From Eledone cirrhosa (taxonomy: Eukaryota), in assembly GCA_964016885.1 (NCBI GenBank), contig OZ024744.1, positions 18,104,001 to 18,168,000 on the forward strand: a DNA stretch of 64,000 bases, in the 5' to 3' direction. Shown here piece by piece: positions 42,001 to 56,200 of the stretch (position 1 is the first letter of the stretch; each line of letters starts with the position of its first letter). A program made the position numbers and the translations under genes. Under the pieces are notes generated by a model, which did not search any database, was not told where the DNA came from, and saw nothing but the letters and a program-made list of their open reading frames with translations.

Positions 42001-45000
42001 AATGTCTGTGTCACTGTGTATGTCACTGTGTGTTTCTGTATGTATGTGTCACCGTGTATGTCACTGTATCTTTGTGTATGCCTGTGTCACTGTGTATGTC
42101 ACTGTGTGTTTCTGTATGTCGGTGTCACTGTGTATGTCACTGTGTGTTTCTGTATGTTTGTGTCACTGTGTATGTCATTAAATGTTTGTGTGTGTCTGTG
42201 TCTCTGTGTATGTCACTGTGTGTTTGCGTGTGTCTGTGTCACTGTGTATGTCACTGTGTGTTTCTGTATGTCTGTGTGACTGTGTATGTCACTGTGTGTT
42301 TGTGTATGTCTGTGTCACTGTGTGTGTTTCTGTATGTCTGTGTCAATGTGTATGTCACTGTGTGTTTCTGTATGTCTGTGTCACTGTGTATGTCACTGTA
42401 TGTTTCTGTATGTCTGTTTCACTGTGTATGTCACTGTGTGTTTCTGTATGTCTGTGTCACTCTGTATGTCACTGTATGTTTCTGAATGTTTGTGTCACTG
42501 TGTATGTCACTGTGTGTTTGCGTGTGTCTGTGTCACTGTGTATGTCACTGTGTGTTTCTGTATGTCTGTGTGACTGTGTATGTCACTCTGTCTTTGTGTA
42601 TGTCTGTGTCACTGTGTGTGTTTCTGTATGTCTGTGTCACTGTGTATGTCATTGTATCTTTGTGTATGTATGTGTCACTGTGTGTGTCACTGTATCATTG
42701 TGTATGTCTGTGTCATTGTGTATGTCACTGTGTGTTTCTGTATATCTGTGTCTCTGTGTATGTTACTTTATCTTTGTGTATGTCTGTGTCACTGTGTATG
42801 TCACTGTATCTTTGTGTATGTCTGTGTCACGGTGTATATCACTGTATGTTTGTGTATGTCTGTGTCACTCTATATGGCACTGTATGTTTCTGTATGTATG
42901 TGTCACTGTGTATGTCAATGTGTGTTTCTGTATCTCTGTGTCACGGTGTATGTCACTGTATGTTTGTGAATGTCTGTGTGACTGTGTATGTCACTGTATG
43001 TTACATTATGTCTGTGTCACTGTGTATGTCACTGTGTGTTTCTGTATGTCTGTGTCACTGTGTATGTCACTGTATATTTGTGTATGTCTGTGTCACTGTG
43101 TATGTCACTGTGTGTTTCTGTATGTCTGTGTCACTGTCTATGTCACTGTATGTTTCTGAATGTCTGTGTCACCGTGTATGTCACTGTATCTTTATGTATG
43201 TCTGTGTCACTGTATATGTCACTGTATCTTTGTGTATGTCTACGTCACTGTGTATGTCACTGTGTGTTTCTGTATGCCTGTGTCTTTGTGTATGCCACTG
43301 TACCTTTGTGTATGTCTGTGTCACTGTGTATGTCACTGTGTGTTTCTGTATGTCTGTGTCATTGTGTATGTCACTGTGTGTTTCTGTATATCTGTGTCTC
43401 TGTGTATGTCACTGTAACGTTGTGTATCTATGTGTCACTGTGTATGTCACTGTATCTTTGTGTATGTCTGTGTCACTGTGTATGTCATTGTGAGTTTCTG
43501 TATGTCTGTGTCACTGTGTATGTCACTGTATCTTTGTGTATGTCTGTGTCACTGTGTATGTCACTGTTGGTTTCTGTATGTCTGTGTCACTGTGTATGTC
43601 ACTGTATCTCTCTGTATGTCTGTGTCACTGTCTATGTCACTGTATCTTTGTGTATGTCTGTGTCACTGTGTATGTCATTGTGTGTTTTTGTATGTCTGTG
43701 TCTCTGTGTATGTCACTGTATCTTTGTGTATGTCTGTATCACTGTGTATGTCACTGTGTGTTTCTGTATGTCTGTGTCACTGTGTATGTCACTGTGTGTT
43801 TCTGTATGTCTGTGTCACTGTCTATGTCGCTGTATGTTTCTGAATGTCTGTGTCACTGTGTATGTCACTGTGTGTTTCTGTATGTCTGTGTCACTGTCTA
43901 TGTCACTGTATGTTTCTGAATGTCTGTGTCACCGTGTATGTCACTGTATCTTTATGTATGTCTGTGTCACTGTATATGTCACTGTATCTTTGTGTATGTC
44001 TACGTCACTGTGTATGTCACTGTGTGTTTCTCTATGTCTGTGTCTTTGTGTATGTCACTGTACCTTTGTGTATGTCTGTGTCACTGTGTATGTCACTGTG
44101 TTTCTGTATGTCTGTGTCACTGTGTATGTCACTGTGTGTTTCTGTATATCTGTGTCTCTGTGTATGTCACTGTATCTTTCTGTATGTCTGTGTCACCGTG
44201 TATGTCACTGTATCTTTGTGTATGTCGGTGTCACCGTGTATGTCACTGTAACGTTGTGTATCTCTGTGTCACTGTGTATGTCATTGTATCTTTGTGTATG
44301 TCTGTGTAACTGTGTATGTCACTGTGTGTTTCTGTATGTATGTGTCACGGTGTATGTCACTGTATGTTTGTGCATGTCTGTGTCACTGTGTATGTCATTG
44401 TCAGTTTCTGTATGTCTGTGTCACTGTGTATGTCACTGTATCTTTGTGTATGTCTGTGTCACTGTGTATGTCACTGTGTGTTTCTGTATGTCTGTGTCAC
44501 TGTGTATGTCATTGTGTGTTTCTGTATGCCTGTGTCTCTGTGTATGTCACTGTATCTTTGTGTATCTCTGTGTCACGGTGTATGTCACTGTATATTTGTG
44601 TATGTCTGTGTCACTGTGTGTTTCTGTATGTCTGTGTCACTGTGTATATCACTGTATGTTTGTGTATGCCTGTGTCACGGTGTATGTCACTGTATGGTTG
44701 TGTGTGTCTGTGTCACTGTGTATGTCACTGTGTGTTTGTGTATGTCTGTGTCACTGTATGTTTCTGTATGTCTGTGTCACTGTGTATGTCACTGTGTGTT
44801 TCTGTATGTCTGTGTCACCGTGTATGTCACTGTATCTTTGTGTATGCCTGTGTCACTGTGTATGTCACTGTGTGATTCTGTATGTCTGTGTCACTGTGTA
44901 TGTCACTGTGTATTTGCGTGTGTCTGTGTCACTGTGTATGTCACTGTGTGTTTCTGTATGTCTGTGTGACTGTGTATGTCACTGTTTGTTTGTGTATGTC

Positions 45001-48000
45001 TGTGTCACTGTGTGTGTTTCTGTATGTCTGTGTCACTGTGTATGTCATTGCATCTTTGTGTATGTCTGTGTCACTCTGTATGTCACTGTGTGTTTCTGCA
45101 TGTCTGTGTCACTGTGTATGTCACTGTATATTTGTGTACGTCTGTGTCACTGTGTAAGTCATTATATCTTTGTGTATGTCTGTGACACTCTGTATGTCAC
45201 TGTGTGTTTCTGTATGTATGTATCACTGTGTATGTCATTGTATCTTTGTGTATGTATGTGACACTCTGTATGTCAATGTGTGTTTATGTATTATGTGTCT
45301 CTGTGCATGTCACTGTATCTTTGTGTATGTATGTGTCACTGTGTATGTCACTGTGTGTTTCTGTATGACTGTGTCACTGTGTATGTTACTGTGAGTTTCT
45401 GTATGTCTGTGTCACGGTGTATGTCACTGTATATTTTTGTATGTCTGTGTCAGTGTGTATGTCACTAGGTGTTTCTGTATGTCTGTGTCACACCGTATAT
45501 CACTGTATCTTTATGTATGTCTGTGTCACTGTGTATGTCACTGTGTGTTTCTGTATGTCTGTGTGACTGTGTATGTCACTGTGTGTTTCTGTATGTCTGT
45601 GTCACTGTGTATGTCACTGTGTGTTTCTGTATGTCTGTGTCACTGTCTATGTCGCTGTATGTTTCTGAATGTCTGTGTCACTGTGTATGTCACTGTGTGT
45701 GTCACGGTGTATGTCACTGTTTGTTTGTGTGTGTCTATGTCACTGTGTATGTCACTGTGTGTTTCTGTATGTCTGTGTCACCGTGTATGTCACTGTATCT
45801 TTGTGTATGCCTGGGTCACTGTGTATGTCACTGTGTGTTTATGTATGTCTGTGTCACTGTGTATGTCACTGTGTGTTTCTGTATATCTGTGTCACGGTGT
45901 ATGTCACTGAATGATTGTGTGTGTCTGTGTCACTGTGTATGTCACTGTGTGTTTCTGTATGTCTGTGTCACTGTGTATGTCACTGTATATTTGTGTATGT
46001 CTGTGTCACTGTGTATGTCACTGTGTGTTTCTGTATGTCTGTGTCACTGTCTATGTCACTGTATGTTTCTGAATGTCTGTGTAACTGTGTATGTCACTGT
46101 GTGTTTCTGTGTGTCTGTGTCACGGTGTATGTCACTGTATGTTTGTGTGTGTCTGTGTCATTGTGTATGTCACTGTGTGTTTCTGTATGTCGCTGTCACC
46201 GTGTATGTCACTGTATCTTTGTGTATGCCTGTGTCACTGTGTATGTCACTGTGTGTTTCTGTATGTCTGTGTCACTATGTATGTCACTGTGTGTTTCTGT
46301 ATGTTTGTGTCACTGTGTATGTCACTAAATGTTTGTGTGTGTCTGTGTCTCTGTCTATGTCACTGTGTGTTAGCGTGTGTCTTTGTCACTGTGTATATCA
46401 CTGTGTGTTTCTGTATGTATGTGTCACCGTGTATGTCACTGTATCTTTGTGTATGCATTTGTCACTGTGTATGTTACTGTGAGTTTCTGTATGTCTGTGT
46501 CAATGTGTACGTCACTGTATATTTCTGTATGTCTGTGTCAGTGTGTATGTCACTGTATCTTTATGTATGTCTGTGTCACTGTATATGTCACTGTATCTTT
46601 GTGATGTCTACGTCACTGTGTATGTCACTGTGTGTTTCTGTATGTCTGTGTCTTTGTGTATGTTACTGTACCTTTGTGTATGTCTGTGTCACTGTGTATG
46701 TCACTGTGTGTTTCTGAATGTATGTGTCACGGTGTATGTCACTGTATGTTTGTGTATGTCTGTGTCACTGTGTATGTCACTGTATATTTGTGTATGTCTG
46801 TGTCACTGTGTATGTTACTGTGTGTTTCTCTATGTCTGAGTCACTGTGTATATCACTGTATGTTTGTGTGTGTCTGTGTCACTGTTTATGTCACTGTATG
46901 TCTCTGTATGTCTGTGTCACTGTCTATGTCACTGTATCTTTGTGTATGTCTGTGTCACTGTGTATGTCACTGTGTGTTTATGTATTTCTGTGTCTCTGTA
47001 TATGTCACTGTATCTTTGTGTATGTCTGCGTCACTGTGTATGTCACTATGTTTGTGTATGTCTGTGTCACTGTGTAAGTCATTGTATCTTTGTGTATGTA
47101 TGTGACACTCTGTATGTCAATGTGTGTTTCTGTATTATGTGTCTCTGTGTATGTCACTGTATCTTTGTGTATGTATGTGTCACTGTGTATGTCATTGTCT
47201 GTTTGTGTATGACTGTGTCACTGTGTATGTTACTGTGAGTTTCTGTATGTCTGTGTCACGGTGTATGTCAGTGTATATTTTTGTATGTCTGCGTCAGTGT
47301 GTATGTCACTAGGTGTTTCTGTATGTCTGTGTCACACCGTATATCACTGTATCTTTATGTATGTCTGTGTCACTGTGTATGTCACTGTGAGTTTATGTAT
47401 GTATGTGTCACTGTGTATGTCACAGTGTGTTTCTGTATGTCTGTGTCACTGTGTATGTCACTGTATCTCTCTGTATGTCAGTGTCACTGTCTATGTCACT
47501 GTATCTTTGTGTATGTCTGGGTCACTGTGTATGTCACTGTGTGTTTCTGTATGTCTGTGTCTCTGTGTATGTCACTGTATCTTTGTGTATGTCTGTGTCA
47601 CTGTGTATGTCACTGTGTGTTTCTGTATGTCTGTGTGACTGTGTATGTCACTGTGTGTTTCTGTATGTCTGTGTCACTGTGTATGTCACTGTGTGTTTCT
47701 GTATGTCTGTGTCACTGTCTATGTCGCTGTATCTTTGTGTATGTCTGCGTCACTGTGTATGTCACTGTGTGTTTCTGTATGTCTGTGTCTCTGTGTATGT
47801 CACTGTATCTTTGTGTATGTCGGTGTCACGGTGTATGTCACTGTATGTTTGTGTGTGTCTATGTCACTGTGTATGTCACTGTGTGTTTCTGTATGTCTGT
47901 GTCACCGTGTATGTCACTGTATCTTTGTGTATGCCTGTGTCACTGTGTATGTCACTGTGTGTTTCTGTATGTCTGTGTCACTGTGTATGTCACTGTGTGT

Positions 48001-51000
48001 TTCTGTATGACTGTGACACTGTGTATGTCACTTTATCTTTGTGTATGTCTGTGTCACTGTGTATGTCACTGTGTGTTTCTGTATGTCTGTGTCACTGTCT
48101 ATGTCACTGTATGTTTCTGAATGTCTGTGTCACTGTGTATGTCACTGTGTGTTTCTGTATATCTGTGTCACGGTGTATGTCACTGAATGTTTGTGTGTGT
48201 CAGCGTCACTGTGTATGTCACTGTGTGTTTCTGTATGTCTGTGTGACTGTGTATGTCACTCTGTGTTTGTGTATGTCTGTGTCACTGTGTGTGTTTCTGT
48301 ATGTCTGTGTCAATGTGTATGTCAATTTGTGTTACTGTATGTCTGTGTCACTGTGTATGTCACTGTATGTTTCTGTATGTCTGTTTCACTGTGTATGTCA
48401 CTGTGTGTTTCTGTATGTCTGTGTCACTCTGTATGTCACTGTATGTTTCTGAATGTTTGTGTCACTGTGTATGTCACTGTGTGTTTGCGTGTGTCTGTGT
48501 CACTGTGTATGTCACTGTGTGTTTCTGTATGTCTGTGTCACTGTGTGTGTTTCTGTATGTCTGTGTCACTGTGTATGTCATTGTATCTTTGTGTATGTAT
48601 GTGTCACTGTGTGTGTCACTGTGTGTTTCTGTATATCTGTGTCTCTGTGTATGTTACTTTATCTTTGTGTATGTCTGTGTCACTGTGTATGTCACTGTAT
48701 CTTTGTGTATGTCTGTGTCACGGTGTATATCACTGTATGTTTGTGTATGTCTGTGTCACTCTATATGGCACTGTATGTTTCTGTATGTATGTGTCACTGT
48801 GTATGTCAATGTGTGTTTCTGTATCTCTGTGTCACGGTGTATGTCACTGTATGTTTGTGTATGTCTGTGTGACTCTGTATGTCACTGTATGTTACATTAT
48901 GTCTGTGCCACTGTGTATGTCACTGTGTGTTTCTGTATGTCTGTGTCACTGTGTATGTCACTGTATATTTGTGTATGTCTGTGTCACTGTGTATGTCACT
49001 GTGTGTTTCTGTATGTCTGTGTCACTGTCTATGTCACTGTATGTTTCTGAATGTCTGTGTCACCGTGTATGTCACTGTATCTTTATGTATGTCTGTGTCA
49101 CTGTATATGTCACTGTATCTTTGTGTATGTCTACGTCACTGTGTATGTCACTGTGTGTTTCTGTATGTCTGTGTCTTTGTGTATGTCACTGTACCTTTGT
49201 GTATGTCTGTGTCACTGTGTTTCTGTATGTCTGTGTCACTGTGTATGTCACTGTGTGTTTCTGTATATCTGTGTCTCTGTGTATGTCACTGTATCTTTCT
49301 GTATGTATGTGTCACCGTGTATATCACTGTATCTTTGTGTATGTCGGTGTCACCGTGTATGACACTGTAACGTTGTGTATCTCTGTGTCACTGTGTATGT
49401 CATTGTATCTTTGTGTATGTCTGTGTCACTGTGTATGTCACTGTGTGTTTCTGTATGTATGTGTCACGGTGTATGTCACTGTATGTTTGTGCATGTCTGT
49501 GTCACTGTGTATGTCATTGTCAGTTTCTGTATGTCTGTGTCACTGTGTATGTCACTGTATCTTTGTGTATGTCTGTGTCACTGTGTATGTCACTGTGTGT
49601 TTCTGTATGTCTGTGTCACTGTGTATGTCATTGTGTGTTTCTGTATGCCTGTGTCTCTGTGTATGTCACTGTATCTTTGTGTATCTCTGTGTCACGGTGT
49701 ATGTCACTGTATTTTTGTGTATGTCTGTGTCACTGTGTGTTTCTGTATGTATGTGTCACTGTGTATATCACTGTATGTTTGTGTATGCCTGTGTCACGGT
49801 GTATGTCACTGTATGGTTGTGTGTGTCTGTGTCACTGTGTATGTCACTGTGTGTTTGTGTATGTCTGTGTCACTGTATGTTTCTGTATGTCTGTGTCACT
49901 GTGTATGTCACTGTGTGTTTCTGTATGTCTGTGTCACCGTGTATGTCACTGTATCTTTGTGTATGCCTGTGTCACTGTGTATGGCACTGTGTGATTCTGT
50001 ATGTCTGTGTCACTGTGTATGTCACTGTGTATTTGCGTGTGTCTGTGTCACTGTGTATGTCACTGTGTGTTTCTGTATGTCTGTGTGACGGTGTATGTCA
50101 CTGTTTGTTTGTGTATGTCTGTGTCACTGTGTGTGTTTCTGTATGTCTGTGTCACTGTGTATGTCTTTGCATCTTTGTGTATGTCTGTGTCACTCTGTAT
50201 GTCACTGTGTGTTTCTGCATGTCTGTGTCACTGTGTATATCACTGTGTGTTTCTGTATGTCTGTGTCACTGTGGATGTCACTGTATATTTGTGTACGTCT
50301 GTGTCACTGTGTAAGTCATTATATCTTTGTGTATGTCTGTGACACTCTGTATGTCACTGTGTGTTTCTGTATGTATGTATCACTGTGTATGTCAATGTGT
50401 GTTTCTGTATGTCTGTGTCACTGTGTAAGTCATTGAATCTTTGTGTATGTATGTGACACTCTGTATGTCAATGTGTGTTTCTGTATTATGTGTCTCTGTG
50501 CATGTCACTGTATCTTTGTGTATGTATGTGTCACTGTGTATGTCACTGTGTGTTTCTGTATGACTGTGTCACTGTGTATGTTACTGTGAGTTTCTGTATG
50601 TCTGTGTCACGGTGTATGTCACTGTATATTTTTGTATGTCTGTGTCAGTGTATGTCACTAGGTGTTTCTGTATGTCTGTGTCACACCGTATATCACTGTA
50701 TCTTTATGTATGTCTGTGTCACTGTGTATGTCACTGTGTGTTTCTGTATGTCTGTGTGACTGTGTATGTCACTGTGTGTTTCTGTATGTCTGTGTCACTG
50801 TGTATGTCACTGTGTGTTTCTGTATGTCTGTGTCACTATCTATGTCGCTGTATGTTTCTGAATGTCTGTGTCACTGTGTATGTCACTGTGTGTTTCTGTA
50901 TGTGTGTGTCACGGTGTATGTCACTGTATGTTTGTGTGTGTCTATGTCACTGTGTATGTCACTGTGTGTTTCTGTATGTTGTGTCACCGTGTATGTCACT

Positions 51001-52570
51001 TTATCTTTGTGTATGCCTGGGTCACTGTGTATGTCACTGTGTGTTTCTGTATGTCTGTGTCACTGTGTATGTCACTGTGTGTTTCTGTATATCTGTGTCA
51101 CGGTGTATGTCACTGAATGTTTGTGTGTGTCTGTGTCACTGTGTATGTCACTGTGTGTTTCTGTATGTCTGTGTCACTGTGTATGTCACTGTATATTTGT
51201 GTATGTCTGTGTCACTGTGTATGTCACTGTGTGTTTCTCTATGTCTGTGTCACTGTCTATGTCACTGTATGTTTCTGAATGTCTGTGTAACTGTGTATGT
51301 CAATGTGTGTTTCTGTGTGTCTTGTCACGGTGTATGTCACTGTATTTTTGTGTGTGTCTGTGTCATTGTGTATGTCACTGTGTGTTTCTGTATGTCGCTG
51401 TCACCGTGTATGTCACTGTATCTTTGTGTATGCCTGTGTCACTGTGTATGTCACTGTGTGTTTCTGTATGTCTGTGTCACTATGTATGTCACTGTGTGTT
51501 TCTGTATGTTTGTGTCACTGTGTATGTCACTAAATGTTTGTGTGTGTCTGTGTCTCTGACTATGTCACTGTGTGTTAGCGTGTGTCTTTGTCACTGTGTA
51601 TGTCACTGTGTGTTTCTGTATGTATGTGTCACCGTGTATGTCACTGTATCTTTGTGTATGCATTTGTCACTGTGTATGTTACTGTGAGTTTCTGTATGTC
51701 TGTGTCAATGTGTACGTCACTGTATATTTCTGTATGTCTGTGTCAGTGTGTATGTCACTGTATCTTTATGTATGTCTGTGTCACTGTATATGTCACTGTA
51801 TCTTTGTGTATGTCTACGTCACTGTGTATGTCACTGTGTGTTTCTGTATGTCTGTGTCTTTGTGTATGTTACTGTACCTTTGTGTATGTCTGTGTCACTG
51901 TGTATGTCACTGTGTGTTTCTGTATGTCTGTGTCACTGTGTATGTCACTGTGTGTTTCTGTATATCTGTGTCTCTGTGTATGTCACTGTATCTTTGTGTA
52001 TGTCTGTGTCACTGTGTATGTCACTGTATCTTTGTGTATGTCGGTGTCACCGTGTATGTCACTGTAACGTTGTGTATCTCTGTGTCACTGTGTATGTCAC
52101 TGTATCTTTGTGTATGTCTGTGTCACTGTGTATGTTACTGTGTGTTTCTGTATGTCTGAGTCACTGTGTATATCACTGTATGTTTGTGTGTGTCTGTGTC
52201 ACTGTGTATGTCACTGTATGTCTCTGTATGTCTGTGTCACTGTCTATGTCACTGTATATTTGTGTATGTCTGTGTCACTGTGTATGTCACTGTGTGTTTA
52301 TGTATTTCTGTGTCTCTGTATATGTCACTGTATCTTTGTGTATGTCTGCGTCACTGTGTATGTCACTATGTTTGTGTATGTCTGTGTCACTGTGTAAGTC
52401 ATTGTATCTTTGTGTATGTATGTGACACTCTGTATGTCAATGTGTGTTTCTGTATTATGTGTCTCTGTGTATGTCACTGTATCTTTGTGTATGTATGTGT
52501 CACTGTGTATGTCATTGTGTGTTTGTGTATGACTGTGTCACTGTGTATGTTACTGTGAGTTTCTGTATGT
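39056..52570. repeat. Copy 2 of the recent ~14 kb tandem duplication
   Basis: Collinear with 25015-39055 apart from scattered SNPs and three indels (+76, -482, -114 bp). The shared private variant gtttcttaatg occurs near 25391 and 39425. Confidence 0.93.
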
Positions 52571-53299
52571 CTGTGTCACGGTGTATGTCAGTGTATATTT
52601 TTGTATGTCTGTGTCAGTGTGTATGTCACTAGGTGTTTCTGTATGTCTGTGTCACACCGTATATCACTGTATCTTTATGTATGTCTGTGTCACTGTGTAT
52701 GTCACTGTGAGTTTATGTATGTATGTGTCACTGTGTATGTCACAGTGTGTTTCTGTATGTCTGTGTCACTGTGTATGTCACTGTATCTCTCTGTATGTCT
52801 GTGTCACTGTCTATGTCACTGTATCTTTGTGTATGTCTGTGTCACTGTGTATGTCACTGTGTGTTTCTGTATGTCTGTGTGACTGTGTATGTCACTGTGT
52901 GTTTCTGTATGTCTGTGTCACTGTGTATGTCACTGTGTGTTTCTGTATGTCTGTGTCACTGTCTATGTCGCTGTATCTTTGTGTATGTCTGCGTCACTGT
53001 GTATGTCACTGTGTGTTTCTGTATGTCTGTGTCTCTGTGTATGTCACTGTATCTTTGTGTATGTCGGTGTCACGGTGTATGTCACTGTATGTTTGTGTGT
53101 GTCTATGTCACTGTGTATGTCACTGTGTGTTTCTGTATGTCTGTGTCACCGTGTATGTCACTGTATCTTTGTGTATGCCTGTGTCACTGTGTATGTCACT
53201 GTGTGTTTCTGTATGTCTGTGTCACTGTGTATGTCACTGTGTGTTTCTGTATGACTGTGACACTGTGTATGTCACTTTATCTTTGTGTATGTCTGTGTC

Positions 53300-56200
53300 A
53301 CTGTGTATGTCACTGTGTGTTTCTGTATGTCTGTGTCACTGTCTATGTCACTGTATGTTTCTGAATGTCTGTGTCACTGTGTATGTCACTGTGTGTTTCT
53401 GTATATCTGTGTCACGGTGTATGTCACTGAATGTTTGTGTGTGTCTGCGTCACTGTGTATGTCATTGTGTGTTTCTGTATGTCTGTGTCTCTGTGTATGT
53501 AACTGTATCTTTGTGTATGTCGTTGTCACGGTGTATGTCACTAAATGTTTCTGTGTGTCTGTGTCTCTGTGTATGTCACTGTGTGTTTGCGTGTGTCTGT
53601 GTCACTGTGTATGTCACTGTGTGTTTCTGTATGTCTGTGTGACTGTGTATGTCACTAGGTGTTTGTGTATGTCTGTGTCACTGCATGTTTCTGAATGTCT
53701 GTGTCACTGTGTATGTCACTGTGTGTTTCTGTATGTATGTGTCACCGTGTATGTCACTGTATCTTTGTGTATGCCTGTGTCACTGTGTATGTCACTGTGT
53801 GTTTCTGTATGTCGGTGTCACTGTGTATGTCACTGTGTGTTTCTGTATGTTTGTGTCACTGTGTATGTCATTAAATGTTTGTGTGTGTCTGTGTCTCTGT
53901 GTATGTCACTGTGTGTTTGCGTGTGTCTGTGTCACTGTGTATGTCACTGTGTGTTTATGTATGTCTGTGTGACTGTGTATGTCACTGTGTGTTTGTGTAT
54001 GTCTGTGTCACTGTGTGTGTTTCTGTATGTCTGTGTCAATGTGTATGTCACTGCGTGTTTCTGTATGTCTGTGTCACTGTGTATGTCACTGTATGTTTCT
54101 GTATGTCTGTTTCACTGTGTATGTCACTGTGTGTTTCTGTATGTCTGTGTCACTCTGTATGTCACTGTATGTTTCTGAATGTTTGTGTCACTGTGTATGT
54201 CACTGTGTGTTTGCGTGTGTCTGTGTCACTGTGTATGTCACTGTGTGTTTCTGTATGTCTGTGTGACTGTGTATGTCACTCTGTCTTTGTGTATGTCTGT
54301 GTCACTGTGTGTGTTTCAGTATGTCTGTGTCACTGTGTATGTCATTGTATCTTTGTGTATGTATGTGTCACTGTGTGTGTCACTGTATCATTGTGTATGT
54401 CTGTGTCATTGTGTATGTCACTGTGTGTTTCTGTATATCTGTGTCTCTGTGTATGTTACTTTATCTTTGTGTATGTCTGTGTCACTGTGTATCTCACTGT
54501 ATCTTTGTGTATGTCTGTGTCACGGTGTATATCACTGTATGTTTGTGTATGTCTGTGTCACTCTATATGGCACTGTATGTTTCTGTATGTATGTGTCACT
54601 GTGTATGTCAATGTGTGTTTCTGTATCTCTGTGACACGGTGTATGTCACTGTATGTTTGTGTATGTCTGTGTGACTGTGTATGTCACTGTATGTTACATT
54701 ATGTCTGTGTCACTGTGTATGTCACTGTGTGTTTCTGTATGTCTGTGTCACTGTGTATGTCACTGTATATTTGTGTATGTCTGTGTCACTGTGTATGTCA
54801 CTGTGTGTTTCTGTATGTCTGTGTCACTGTCTATGTCACTGTATGTTTCTGAATGTCTGTGTCACCGTGTATGTCACTGTATCTTTATGTATGTCTGTGT
54901 CACTGTATATGTCACTGTATCTTTGTGTATGTCTACGTCACTGTGTATGTCACTGTGTGTTTCTGTATGTCTGTGTCTTTGTGTATGCCACTGTACCTTT
55001 GTGTATGTCTGTGTCACTGTGTATGTCACTGTGTGTTTCTGTATGTCTGTGTCACTGTGTATGTCACTGTATCTCTCTGTATGTCTGTGTCACTGTCTAT
55101 GTCACTGTATCTTTGTGTATGTCTGCGTCACTGTGTATGCCACTGTGTGTTTTTGTATGTCTGTGTCTCTGTGTATGTCACTGTATCTTTGTGTATGTCT
55201 GTATCACTGTGTATGTCACTGTGTGTTTCTGTATGTCTGTGTCACTGTGTATGTCACTGTGTGTTTCTGTATGTCTGTGTCACTGTCTATGTCGCTGTAT
55301 GTTTCTGAATGTCTGTGTCACTGTGTATGTCACTGTGTGTTTCTGTATGTCTGTGTCACGGTGTATGTCACTGTATGTTTGTGTGTGTCTATGTCACTTT
55401 GTATGTCACTGTGTGTTTCTGTATGTCTGTGTCACCGTGTATGTCAATGTATCTTTGTGTATGCCTGTGTCACTGTGTATGTCACTGTGTGTTTCTGTAT
55501 GTCTGTGTCACTGTGTATGTCACTGTGTGTTTCTGTATGTCTGTGTCACTGTGTATGTCACTGTGTGTTTCTGTATGTCTGTGTCACTGTCTATGTCGCT
55601 GTATGTTTCTGAATGTCTGTGTCAATGTGTATGTCACTGTGTGTTTCTGTATGTCTGTGTCACTGTCTATGTCACTGTATGTTTCTGAATGTCTGTGTCA
55701 CTGTGTATGTCACTGTGTGTTTCTGTATATCTGTGGCACGGTGTATGTCACTGAATGTTTGTGTGTGTCTGTGTCACTCTGTTTGTCACTGTGTGTTTCT
55801 GTATGTCTGTGTAACCGTGTATGTTAGGTATCTTTGTATATGCCTGTGTCACTGTGTATGTCACTGTGTTTCTGTATTTCTGTGTCACTGTGTATGTCAC
55901 TGTGTGTTTCTGTATGTTTGTGTCACTGTGTATGTCACTAAATGTTTGTGTGTGTCTGTGTCTCTGTGTATGTCACTGTGTGTTTGCGTGTGTCTGTGTC
56001 ACTGTGTATGTCACTGTGTGTTTCTGTATGTCTGTGTGACTGTGTATGTCACTCTGTGTTTGTGCATGTCTGTGTCACTGTGTGTGTTTCTGTATGTCTG
56101 TGTCACTGTGTATGTCATTGTATCTTTGTGTTTGAATGTGTCACTGTGTATGTCACTGTGTGTTTGTGTATACCTGTGTCACTGTGTATGTTACTGTGAG

